Of a stretch of DNA of 64,000 nucleotides, positions 24,536 to 37,482 are shown one piece after another. The stretch covers positions 1,872,422 to 1,936,421 of the forward strand of contig CM082597.2 of NCBI GenBank assembly GCA_040954595.2, read 5' to 3'. A program made the position numbers and the translations under genes. The stretch's first letter is position 1; each line of letters begins with the position of its first letter. Below the pieces are notes generated by a model that saw only the letters and a program-made list of their open reading frames with translations, did not search any database and was not told where the DNA came from. This stretch comes from Balanoglossus misakiensis (lineage: Eukaryota > Animalia > Hemichordata).

Positions 24536-27010
24536 TCTCACCCCAGAGGGTGCGAGGATAAACACCAGTTCCAGACACCCAATACTGATCACGGACAGTT
24601 GGTCCCATTTGCTACAAACAACCGTTAGCTCCATCATCCAAACATTGACGTCACACCACTCCTCTCTATGATACTCAAATATCTCCATAATCTTCTGATT
24701 CTTGCAATTGATGATGTCATCGAGTGATGATGCACATACACTACTCACATTTTGATTCATTGATATTCTGTTGTATGAAAAGTGATTTTTTTCTCTTCAA
24801 TCAAGCTGAAAGTCAGATTATAGCACTTTACGTTCGCCCTAAATATCACTGTTGACGTCATGTTTGGGTACGTACCAAAAAGTACACCGAAAAGTATGTA
24901 CATGGCATGTCTATGATGGGTATGAGTGCAATTAATTAATTGATTAATTAATTATACATATTTAGCTAGTTAGTTATTTAGTTATTCACTCATTTTTTCA
25001 CTCATTTGTTCGTTTTTCTTTCGAATTCAACACAATCATATGAATACATGGCGAAGATTAATATTTGGATTATTAAGACTGCCGCACGCGAGAGAAATTA
25101 TCTAGTGAGTAAAATGTCATTCGAGGAAAGTGTATGTTGGTTGACGTTCGCCAGCCAGACAATTGGACCCACGCACTGTTCGACAGATAGCGAGACAGAC
25201 AGGTTGGCATCGGATAAAGGACTATGGCTTTAGTGTGTCACAGACAGCAAGGCGGGCAGTTGAGTGGCGGGAACACAATAAGAGAATTTTCAAGTGTCCC
25301 TGAGAGTGACACGTCTGATGAGGTGGAATTGTTCGGTGAACAACTGGACACAAAGAGGGCAATCAACGCAATGGATAGGGCACTTTGCCGTCTTAAGGAA
25401 CTGTCATACTGGCGACTTTGTAAAAGTTGCGGTTTACTGGTAACTTTTTAAAGAGGTATTGTTTTTATCGCGTATTGCAAGTCAAGATTTGGACCTCTTC
25501 CGGTCAAGTACTTTCTGTCGTTCACTTCCGGGTCGGATCGTGCGCGCACGACTCGCGCACAATGCTGCGACCTCACAAAGTACACATACCAACACTGTGC
25601 TCTGCTTTTGCCGCACCTATGTCTGGTTGAACAGCTGATCGATCGATAACACGGGTGAGAAAATGTTGGAAGATCTACCTTCAAGAGGCCGCGTACCTGT
25701 ACCTCAGCGATTGCAAAGTTTATTGGTGTGACGTCACAAATATTGTCGTCGTTTACCGCAAGTGCTGTATGCAAGCGTCAGCTTTTATCATCGAATCACA
25801 GCCGTTTCAGACAGAATGCACGCGGGCTGGTGTGAAACTAATGTCAGATTTATCTAAAAGCACGAGTGGTTTCTAAATAAAGCCAGTTGCCGGACAGGAT
25901 GTTACATAAGGACACGGCGAGAAATGGTTTCAGAGATATCGGCACAGACAAAAACACTGAAAGCGAAACGAGGAAGTAAAGGAACAAAAAGTTATCGTCG
26001 GACAATATGGCAAGGGGTAGCCCTCATCTCTTTTCCAGGGAAAATGAACGTATACTTTTGTTTGTACTTCTTCAGGTAGAGTTTCGGTTCTCACAGTACC
26101 GGATGTTCCTGGTTCGCTGACCAGCCCGGTGACGGAGATAATGGTCTGAGTTCAGACAGTTAGCGTCGGTCACGACAACGCATATACAACCGGTTCGGGT
26201 GTCGTCGTGACTCGATAATTATCACCGTTTGAGTATAAGCAAGATCATCCATCAGTTATGTCACATTAGCTGTAACTTTTGGTCAGAGTTTTGTTGATAA
26301 ATGAATTAAGGTCCGGACTTGAAATCCAGACTAGACTATAGAAAAAGTGATGTCCTATAAATTTAAGACTTATTCTCAAACAACCGAATATTTACATGTG
26401 GCTCTCGGACTACAGTTCACGACACGCTGGTCCCACAAGGCATTTCGTGCTCGTTTGGGGTTTCAGGAAGTTCCTTTTTAATTTTCTCAAATTTCCGTGA
26501 CGCGGTCGTAGCTATCTCCAAAACCATCTGCGCGGGTCGCTGCTAGGTTTTGAAACTCGAAGATTAAAGGGCTATTAACATGATTAAAAGCAAACTTTTA
26601 CTGCACGTGTGTTGATCCAGTTACTGAGCGTTAAAACACACTGTTGAACTTCCTGTCGGCTTGTTGCGGTTTTGAGGCGTCGCTGAGTTGATATCATTAA
26701 GAGCATTTAACCAGATTTCTGAACTCGTTGTGTTGAAAACCGCAGACGTCTAGCATGTACTTTTGAACTATCGTTTATATTTAGTTTAATGGCCTGTTGT
26801 TGCCTGTGTTATATCTACTGTACAACAGGAACCGTGTGTCGTTTCTCTATTTTATGATTCTTGGCCACGCCATCGCATACGCTGGCGCCGGAACTTTGGC
26901 TACTCCTACTGTATCCACTGCAGCCGCCGTCATTTAAAGGGTGGGTGTCGCCCGCCTGTGCGTCCGACACGACACAGTTGTTAGCAAGTCAAAGTATTTG
27001 CAAAGTGTGA

Positions 27011-27165
27011 CTGCTACAATTTACATCATTGCAAACAATGTGGTTGTTACTTTGTATTACACTGTAGTGAAACTGCTACAATGTACATCACTGCAAACAA
27101 TGTGGCTGTTACTTTGTATTACACTGTATATCATGGCAAACAATGCCTTGTTACTTTTTATCACA
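27011..27165. repeat. Minisatellite, about 62-bp unit x 2.5
   Basis: ctgctacaat.tacatca.tgcaaacaatgtgg.tgttactttgtattacactgta at 27011 and 27073, plus a partial third copy. Confidence 0.85.
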
Positions 27166-30100
27166 TTTCCAAGATTCTTTGATATAATATGTATTGATTG
27201 GCAGGGTCTCCCTGAACAATAGGGAACAATGCTGACGGTACGTAAAACACAAAGTGAAAAGCCCGATTATAGATAAATAAACACCAATATGGCCTATTTA
27301 TGTCACAGTTGAAAACAGAGGGTAAATGGAAGTCGATACGTGTTCTCTTTTACCATAGATCGCATGTAAGAGAAAATGGCGAATCTGTGTGCTTGCGTCT
27401 GTATTTTCTTCAGAGACAGATAAATTCGATGCACCTCAATCCATATCGATGAATAAAAACACTATTTGCTACTAAATTTAACAGACGTGACGCAATTGAC
27501 TGTTTGGATCTCTATTTTTAGGTATTTTTCAGTCGTTCCATCGACGGCTGCTATCACAACTTGCGGTTTTCAAAATCGACAGATTTTTATTTTTCTGGTT
27601 CGGGTCGTTCAGTCGTGACGTGCGCGCCTTTGTTGCCTGGACGAGAGTCTCTCACCGCAAATCAATATTTCTAGTTTTTATATGCTGGTTCGTCTGCCGT
27701 GGAGAAAAATCGTTGCCATCGTGACGCAGGCCTATTGAATCTAGCATGTTTATCTCTGAGTTTTCGTTCTGTCAAAATATTTGCCCAGAGAGATGTGGCT
27801 TTCGTATTCGGGTCAAACGGTCTCGCGGGGTGGAACGAGATTTTGAAATTAAATAAATATGGGCTATCATTTCGGTTTCGGATATTTGGTGTCGCCTTGT
27901 CTCATTTATCGCTGTTTTTGTCCATGAATCAAATATTTTACGGCGCATGGGGGATACGTGAGATGTTTTATGAGACAAAAAAGTGACAGCAATCAAAGTC
28001 TTATGGGGGTGATACTGTCTTAAATCGGTGACGGTACGTCAACAAAATGGCGGGTGTTCATCGTGGAGTAGAGGAAGTGGTCTTCTGTTTCTGACCAACG
28101 GTTCAACTGACCCACTGAATTTTGTGGGAGAGAGAGATTGCAACTTTTCCATCTTCCCGCCAAAAAGAATACTCTAGGATTAAGGTCACCTGCCGCCATC
28201 CATAAACATTGAAAAAATTACATTCCGTACATTTTCAAAACATGTGTTATTTACAAAGCTTGGTTATCTAACCTCCCTTAGGTTCGGTCATATCTACTGT
28301 CTGGATGGCCAAACGTGACCTCTCTGTTCGTCACGATTACCCGCCTGACGTCATCGTCGTAAATCTCCGATAAAACGTGTTAAAGTGATATTTGCAGAGC
28401 GCCTCCTAGAGGCTAGTTTTGGGCCAACGCAGCACTTCTGTCGGGTTATCGTCAACGACATGTACACCTGTCAAAACCATCATAACCCTATCGGTGCCAC
28501 AAATCTCTTTGCCAGGCGTTTTTTAACACGGTACTACAAATTCGAGTTAGGTCGTTCAAAATGTGGCAAGCTTTTAAAAAAATACTATGTAGGCGTTATA
28601 AAAACGATGATTCATAGCTTTTGTATGGCGAGGTCAAGTTCATGTCCAAAACCAACAATTTATTGGGGTTTTTGAATTATAACATTAACGTACCTATAAA
28701 CGCTAGGCGGAAAGAATGTCTTATCAGTATGGAGGTCGATGACTGTTTCGTAAATATTTTGGTCGTCCACAGTAGGCGTATTCTTGGGATGACTTATTAC
28801 CTGTGTCTGTACGCAGATGATAAGCCACATTCCTCGGTGATCAAATATGGCCGCCGCCACCATCTGATCGGTCGCTACCGACACGACAAGAGACACGCAA
28901 AATAACCAGAAACTCTTCCAGTTTCACCTTGTTTCTGAAGTATTTCTCCTGACAGTCACGAAATGTGCTAATTTGGTCTAAAATTATTCTGATACTAGAA
29001 CAATATTTATAAAAAAGTCAAATTTCTAGCAGCCGCAAAAGTCCGCGAAGGAATGCGGCAAGCACGTGTTGACATGTAAGGGCACGTCAATTGACACATT
29101 TTGTTTGTTGATATTGGATTATCAGCACGGCGGATCTATCAGGTGTCTGGTGTTTCTAGTTCGCTCACACGTAAGACATTCCTCTGTCACGTCATCACCA
29201 GCTTAGTATATTTTCTAGTCAGTCTATGGTCTATCTGGCAGCTCAGTCTGTCTTTTCTACTGTCTATGGCCTATCTAGTCCATGTTGACTCAGTGTAGAA
29301 CTCGGAATGAATGCTCTCTCTGTATCGCGTCTTCTAAAATCACGCGTTTTTCTTCAAGAGTCGGAGACATTTTTGGGCCACTATATAAAAGGCAATCTAT
29401 TCAGAAATTTGTTTTGTAATATCTTCAGTCGACACTACCAAAGTGGCGACCTTTTGTAACACAATCTCGAAGAAGCTATAATTTGCGTTGCGGTGTCGTT
29501 CACTCGATTCATAAGTACCGATGCCATGGTTACAGTTGCGTAACCGATATTTCCTACACTAGATTCGGTGTCGAGTTCCAAGTATGGTTTATTAATGATA
29601 ATGGCCAGCCGACCTTTAAAACAGGAGATGAATGACAGCCGTACACTGATTATTATAATGAAGAATATTTGATATTTTCTGGTGATTTAACGACATCAAA
29701 CCTCAAGGTCACAGGGAAGTTTAAAATCACGAGTTAATAAAGATAATTTCATACGAAACATGTCGACAGATATTTCATAAAATATACACAATTGAATTGA
29801 TATCTAATGCTGTTGTGTAACTGCGCGTGCAGAAGACTGAAGGACGCGACAAATGGTCACTCTTCGTTGCCATGGCAGTACTATCAATAGACCCATCACC
29901 CGGTGGACTCTTCACACCAATGGAGGTCGTCGGATCGCGCGCCGGCCACCTGATGATTGGCGGGTCATTAAGAACATAGCTGGGAGCTGATGTAATGCAT
30001 CGCCGAGATGATCATATGCCAGATGTGGATAATGGGTTTTAAATATCAAACGCGTACGGGTTTCTTTGGCCCGGTCCGAGGGGTCGACGACCGCATGGAC

Positions 30101-33100
30101 GATCGGCCGATGCGGCTAAAATCACTTGTTATAGCCTAATGCATTGAACAAATTTTTAAAAACACGGCACGAGCGATTTTTATAAACATTTGCAATGGCT
30201 TGACCATGCCACTCACAATAAAAAAACATCAGCGTCTAAGCGCGAAAAATCTGACTGATGTTGTGAAGGCGTAAGTCTGTAATCCGTCGGGTCGGAATTC
30301 AATTTGTGCCATTGAACTTTCAGAAGACACGTGTGGGGAATTAGAACTTAGAAGCGATCATCACAATTACTGTTTGAGATATCTAAGTTATGTCCGTTCC
30401 ACAAAATCGACTTCCGGAAACCCCCCTTCAAGAAACACCTGGACTTAATGTGGTTCCACATACGCGAAATATCACATATTAACACTTCTAGGTCATTGTT
30501 TTCTTCTGTAAATCTCATCGTCCTGGCAAAAAGGGGCTATGACCACAGCTTCCGTTTGGTTTAGATCGAATTAGCTGGTTTACAAGAATGTGGAATATGT
30601 GGTCGAGATATGATATGGCGGCCGGGTCTGTTTTCCATGTATCACGCGTCCATGTTTGCATACATGTGTTTGGCGAGGAGTTACCAGGTTTTAATGTATT
30701 GCACCGCTCTCAAGAATGCATTAAATTTATTTTACCCTGCGATTAATTGCCAGCGGTGTTTGTTGATTTGGAATCAGTCTACACTGAAACCACCGTGTGA
30801 TTGACATGCCAGAGCCGTGTCAAATGGTGTACAAGTACGCAAACTTGTAAAACTCTCCACGATTGGCTAAGATAATACAAAGTGGTCGAAAGTACACGGC
30901 GACGGCCAATAATCGACAGTGTGTTCCAAGAACACGTTCTTAGTAGTCAGTTCAGCGTTTGCACACTTATAATATTTTTATATAATTCATATTTAATACA
31001 AGACGGCGCTAAAAGTGGAGAATTCAGTGGGCAAGAGAGCCTGCGAATTCAGACAGACAGACCGGACGTGTGAGTGGGAGTACTGAAAGTTCCACAGCGA
31101 AGTATTAATTACGGCCAGGCAGTGTCCATAAAAGATATCTGATTCATAGCATTGAAGGTGACCCGAATCGACCTTGCATATGGACTTGACAGCCATGCAT
31201 GACTCAAACTGCCCCCAGTATACACGCCCGCGCGTGTTATACACACCATTATTTGACCGAAAACAAGGGGGATATTGTTCGCATGTGTGTGGACCACTAA
31301 CTTTGAACTGAAACATTATTTGGGTTAGGGGACACTCGATTATGACCTGCGGAGAGAATCCATTGTCGAAACACAGTCGTTTGTTTTCGATTCAAGATCA
31401 AATTCACTCGATTGCAACGGGCATTCCACAGAGGTGAACGTCTGGAATCGATATTGTATCTACGTTGTATATTTTCCTCAGTCAATTCGGCATCGGCAGA
31501 GTATGTTTTTATTGAACAAAACTACAAACTGTCATTTTCTCCTGTCGATGAAATCTATTTATGTTAAACTAACTGTGGCTCTTGTACGGAGGCGAGCAAG
31601 GTCATTGCAAGGTGCTGTACTTGGAATGTAAGTTGATGTGTCAAGTAGGGCCTGCCGAATTTGTGTCTGACAATAAACGGTTTTATCTACGCCTCGCTGT
31701 GACCAACGGCAAGGTCGGCGCCGACTGAATTTCATATTCCGTCATTCGTAGATTACTGTTCGCGTGCATCGATCAGCGTCGCCCATTCGCGGCGGGTTTA
31801 ATGAGATTTGCCGCAAATTTGGAATGGTTATAACTCCCCCGGTTGAGTTGAAACCTTAAAAATGTAATTTTAATCCGATACTCTGCTACTTTATCAGCGT
31901 TTATGGATTTGTTTTCTCTTTTTATGCCTCCGCAGCGCCTCAGAAGAACGCCACTGCGCGGGCGCCGCTGCGTGTAACGATCTCAATTTCGGATTTATCA
32001 AAGCCAGCCGACAATCCATCAGAATTTATGCACATCTGTAATTGGTGGAACGATTAATATAGCACCAAAATTTATTCGTAATTCGACCAGATTGAACAAA
32101 CATAAAGGGTTCTTTATCTTTGCCCCAAAAATTATCGGCCATGTTTACCGTTACTCGCTGCAGCAGACTGGCTGCATTGCCTATAAATTTCTGTCACTAA
32201 ATCCACTAGTCTTGATCAAAATCACGACTAAAGTCCGTCAGGGACAGCCTCTTCAATTTCTAAGACACAAACAGAAATCTTTAGAACAATACAGAGATCA
32301 GCCAATCACGGCACAACAAACTACAAACTCACCACCACCTGTAGTCCACACTACAACAGAACTGAATTTAACGAGAATGCAAAAACGCCATAAATCGGAA
32401 ATATTTCGATGTAAACAGATGAGGGTGAGATCAAAAACAAAGGTTTGAAAAGAAACACGAAAAGGAGATTGCCGAAGTGTTTGATGGCATTCGCAGCGGC
32501 ACATTACACATGTCTTTATCTCTCCATAGCTATGCCTAATCACTCTTCGGCGCATGCCCCTACTTGTGATGTTTAAGGCACAGAAGTATTTCAAAAATAT
32601 TTTAAAAACATTGGTATAGCTGTCTAAATTACGCACACCCGACGTTGCTGGATACAGCAAGACATGGCCCTCTTAAGATTGTATGACTTCTAAATATTGA
32701 CATAAAGTCGCGCTGACAGAAAAAGCGCTGGGAGACAATTGACAAAGCGCACTCGTGAAAGATAATCGCGCCGAGGAATTTCTGCTCCTTTTGAGAGAGA
32801 AATTAGCTGTAACATACTTTGGAGTTTTGCGCTATTGTCAGGGTCTCTCCCCGCCCTTGTTTTGCAGCAGATGGACAGTGTTGAGTTTCGCGGGACGAAA
32901 GCAGGTCCCTGTGCCTGTGAACAAAGTGACGGGCGCTTGGAATGTCACCTGCTATTGATGCGAGTCAAGACAAACGCGCCGGAACTCGGGCTCGCATAGT
33001 TGCGGTTACAGCCGTCAGCGATGGACGACCGCGCCGTAAGAGGCAAACGACCGCAGAAGAAAATCCCACCCCTCAAAATAACAAATATCGGGCGAGGAAA

Positions 33101-36100
33101 ACAAGTCGCCAAGCAGCGAGTGACATGAAAACAAAGCGTTTTGTCCGAAAAAGTGGTGACCTTTACAAACCAGCGCAACTCCTTGACAGATGTCATCGCG
33201 GCCATTGGCGTGTTGGCCAGCGAGCACGTGGTGAAAAAATGCGTTGTTTTTCTAAGACACTCGTACCAAACACCTGGAAATATTTCCTTCGGGAGGGACT
33301 TCACATTCCACAACGACACAAACAACACACGTGGAGACGAAAACGAATTTCTGACCCGAGAAAAAAGCAAATGTTGGACACCAGAGTGTTTTCATTCTAT
33401 GGCGACAACTGCATGCCTTTCGAATTAGCATATTTCTAAGATTCACACCATTACATTTTCTCGAGATTTACAGTAGGTTTTTCGCCTTAACAGTTTACAC
33501 ATATCGCCTAAGTTGAGGTTTCCTTAATTATTTTTAGTGGGATTACAGAAAGTGATATGTTCCGGGACAGATAGGGTCAACTCTACTGATCCATGAGCGA
33601 CTCGTGGACAGGAAAACCGCAGAGACGGCGTTGAAAAACCAGGACGAAGTTTGGAATGAAGAGCGCCCTGCTCGAGTTACTGTTTATGTGTACCTGCCCT
33701 GCAAGTATAGTCTCGCTTCGGTTGCGCTGTAGGAAGTGCACGCCCAACGTTTCGAGAGGGTTTTCCTTGCTCAGAACACCTTTCCTTTTGAAAGTTTTAC
33801 TCAAAAAAAGAGAAAACAGCGGACACACTTTGGTCTGATTTGGGATACTGTTCACAGTTCAGTTGACAGATAGGAGGCATGGGAAAAATTATTGTGGACA
33901 GCACCCTCTACCGTCATGGTATGATTTTACTGCACGGTGGCGCTGTTTTCGTTTCACTCACCACTACCGAGTCAGTGATTGAGTCATCACTCAAAGCTGA
34001 AGGTCATAACATTCACACCGTCTCTGTTATGATTCATGTTCATATAAAAGGTCTACGTGAAAACTTCCGCTATCAATATTTTCATCAACGTCATAAGCCC
34101 CCGATGTCACTCAATAAAATAAAAATGAAGGATGGGCCAGCTACCCACTGAGCTCCAAAATAATTATTTGCCCTCGACCGCTGGTGCTCTTTCGTCACAA
34201 ATGTCTAACCTCGGGGAATGTAGACTATACGAGCACTACGTATCAACCACAAAGATGTTCATTTTAATTGTCAAGAAGCGTCTTGAGGTCAACGACCGCG
34301 CTGTTGATGAACCAAGTCTTGGCTGACCAAATTACTTCCTTTGGGGAGGGGGACCCACGAATGTCATGACCGCAAATTCAGGTTTTATTGTGTGAGAAAC
34401 CTGGGTTGCGTCTAAAGACACAGAGAAAAATGTTATTATCCCAGACAAAAAAAGGATGAAATATGGTGCCACCTATGTGGTCCTGTGAACTCGATGATCC
34501 GTTAGGTACACTGAACGCGAAAGGATGGGAGGGGAGGGGCGGGGAGATAACTGAACGGGCATGACAATGGAAAAAGCCCTCTGGATATACGCCGTGCCTT
34601 ATATGCACAAAAATTAACGACACGTGTAAATAAAACTTTTCTTTTAAATTTTAAAAGGGAATTCTCTTTACAGTGTTCACGGGCGATTAGCGTTCAGGGG
34701 CGACTATGGTTCCATCAGTTTTACTGTCAGAGAGAATTGAAATTGACAGGTTGATAGCTTGGAACGATTATATTGTTTGCTCTGTGACCATTAGCGTTCC
34801 AGGATACATACTGACAGTATGTTAAAGTTTACACAACCTTGACTCCGTGTACTTGTGTTGTACAGTGTTGCACGATACATTTCAGAAAATCAGAGTCTCG
34901 GAAAGTTTGAAACAAACTTGGGCGAAGCAATATTTAGTTAATAATCTCATCACTTTGATTTCAAAAACCTCAGAACTTGGCTAAAAGGTTCACAAAGTCG
35001 TTTTCATTTGCCACAAATTCGACAAAACAATTTGTCCATCCATGAAGTAATGTGCTGACGGCCAATTTATTGCGTCGTAGTTAAAATCCCTAACCCTACT
35101 CTCAGGCGAACGACCGCTCGGTCAGTGACCCAAACCGCACCTATCAAGAATCTGTCTTTTTATTTTAAGTCACAGCGCGTCCCACGTGTTTGGAGTCTAT
35201 GATGAGAATAGCAAGCCCGTCGCTATGACAACAGGATGTGGGTTTCTATACACAACCTGAAATGACCTGTGTCAACATGATCAAGGAGTTGTGGGGTGTT
35301 GTCATTGTGTTCGGTTTGAGTTACAAATGTACATGTAATTGAATCAGCGTGTCGATCTCAACTCGACCCTAACTATAGGTGCCTCACTCCCTGGCGATAT
35401 ACCCAGTCCTTGGTCGCGCAGGTCATGACGTCACCAATAAAAGGAGGGTAATAAACTAAACAGCTAAATGAACAGCGGTTACACGACCCCCATATGGCGC
35501 CAATATTTGGGGTCATTCTTTACGCCGGTCAAGTGGCCCACAAAAAATACACCAGTTCCATTGATGGTCTGAGTTCACAAAACGAGCCACAATGTTATGG
35601 AGCACTGACGTACAATTACTTGGGTCAACAGCCGAAGAAACAAACATCATAAAGTTTACTTCTTGTGTCCGCAAATACAATGGGTTTTATGTTATACTCA
35701 GTAAACTGTACTTCGAGTGAAACACATTGATTGATGACACACTGGTGTTCCAACCCTCCCAATCAACAATATAGCACATCGAACTAACCTAACCCAGCGA
35801 GACAAAGCCCCTACCAGAGCCAGACCTAGCAAAATGTCATAAACATTTAGGAACACTACGAGTTGAAACAGAGAACAATCTTAGTGGTACATAGCCTAGT
35901 ACTAGTACTCGGTATATTAACATGCTGTTTGGAGTAGAACAAGAACTTGCATTTCGTACACAGAACAAAAGTACTGATATTGAAGCCAAAAATTACAGCT
36001 ATTGCCCCTTTAACTTGACCACATGGTTTCAACCAGTGCGTTGAACTTCTTTGTTCTAGCACTGCGAGATCTGATACACAAGAAATATTATATGGCTGTA

Positions 36101-36297
36101 ATTTATTTAAACATTTGATGTACATCGATCATTACAACGCGCGTGCTCCCAGCGCAACGTCTGTTAGACTGGTGACATTTTTATGGTGCTGTGGAGTCGG
36201 GCGACCAGCCTCACCCCTCGCCACACACACATGGGTAGATTTACGCTCAACGCGGAGTGATTGGCACCCAAGTTCCGCAGCTGTTGCTCCCATGTAA

Positions 36298-36513
36298 CCC
36301 TTTAATAGAGCACCAAGTCAAAATGTGGTGCAAAATTTGTAACATTTTCAGCCATTTTGCTATATTTTTCCTGTTAATTTTGGACCAAATGGACATAATT
36401 TTCAATTGTCTGCAGGACTTGATCAAAATTTGAGAAAAATGATGGAAAAAGTTATGAGAATTAATTTTTTGAAAGATGACGACAAGTTGACTATGGCGCA
36501 CGCGGTGAAAGGG
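36298..36513. mobile_element. piggyBac-like MITE (about 216 bp)
   Basis: CCCTTT...AAAGGG termini flanked by GTAA / TTAA (degenerate TTAA TSD). A second copy lies at about 18121-18307. Confidence 0.7.
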
Positions 36514-37422
36514 TTAAACCGACAGAAACACACGTGTTCCTCATTTAGGCGCCAGAAACCGTAATTCGGCGTTCTGCTTTGTTAATAAGGCTCAACTCGG
36601 TGACCAGTGAGTTCATCTGAACGTAGTGTTCGGGTGAACATAATTTGATTGGCAGCATGCTGTTAGGGGCGAGGGCTGCGACATCTAAACGGAGGCTGTC
36701 TACAGACAAAGTTTCATCAAGTATTTTGAACTTTTTTACAACTTTTTAGTTTGTTCTTTATGGGGAGTATTTTTCCCACTTTTCTTCACATTTTCCAACA
36801 AAAACAAAACAAGACAAATGGACACGCTGCATGACGTTGCAAATTTGTGACTTTGTCGTGGAGATCTCGGACGCGAAATTCCCGCTTTGGAAATGCGCCA
36901 GTTAGCATTGGCAAGTCTGCGTACCTCGCCTTGGGTTCCGGATTACTGCGTCTCTGAAGTGTCTACTCCAGTTATTTTTTACCTAGATCTTGTTACTGTC
37001 GTCTGTCGCTACAATGTCTTTAATGTCACCCGTTGTGATATAACCATCTATTTGTGTCCTGTCTGCCCTGTTTTTCAAAATCTGTTGCGGGGTTTATGAG
37101 GGTGTGGCGCCCTTCTTCAACTTTTTTTTTCGCTTCACTACCCAAACAGTTTAGTGATACAGCTGTAGCAGTTACGATTACTGCGCTTATTTTGGCTTCG
37201 AGTGGAAAGCTATTTATACACTAGTATATAGAGGTACTTTACTTGGTGACAGATCTACTTATTCCGCGCATGTATACAAACAGTCATGACTCCGCTTCGG
37301 TGACATAATGTCTTGTATCAAAGCGCGTATTATGTCACCATAAGCTTATAGTATTTCGGCATGCTTTCAAGTGTGACAAGTTAGGCAGCTGAGACAGCTA
37401 ACCGTGCTGGACCAGAGTGACG

Positions 37423-37482
<60 letters not shown>
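37423..37482. repeat. (CAT)n trinucleotide microsatellite
   Basis: Directly visible. Confidence 0.95.

Larger units (their letters stand above)
21033..24543. mobile_element. Foldback (FB)-type transposon with long, modular, internally repetitive inverted arms
   Basis: The left arm (about 21045-22697, CGAAGGA motifs) is the reverse complement of the right arm (about 23047-24535, TCCTTCG motifs), including the outer ctaaaacgaaggaaaccgaaggaaac end and the inner end. The direct repeat CAGAGGGT flanks it at 21029-21036 and 24544-24551. Confidence 0.85.

Noticed and set aside
32942-33439. 165-aa (+) and 141-aa (-) overlapping ORFs
   Set aside because: No recognisable domain, no convincing splice signals, non-ATG or weak starts. 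Could be UTR or lncRNA but unsupported as CDS.
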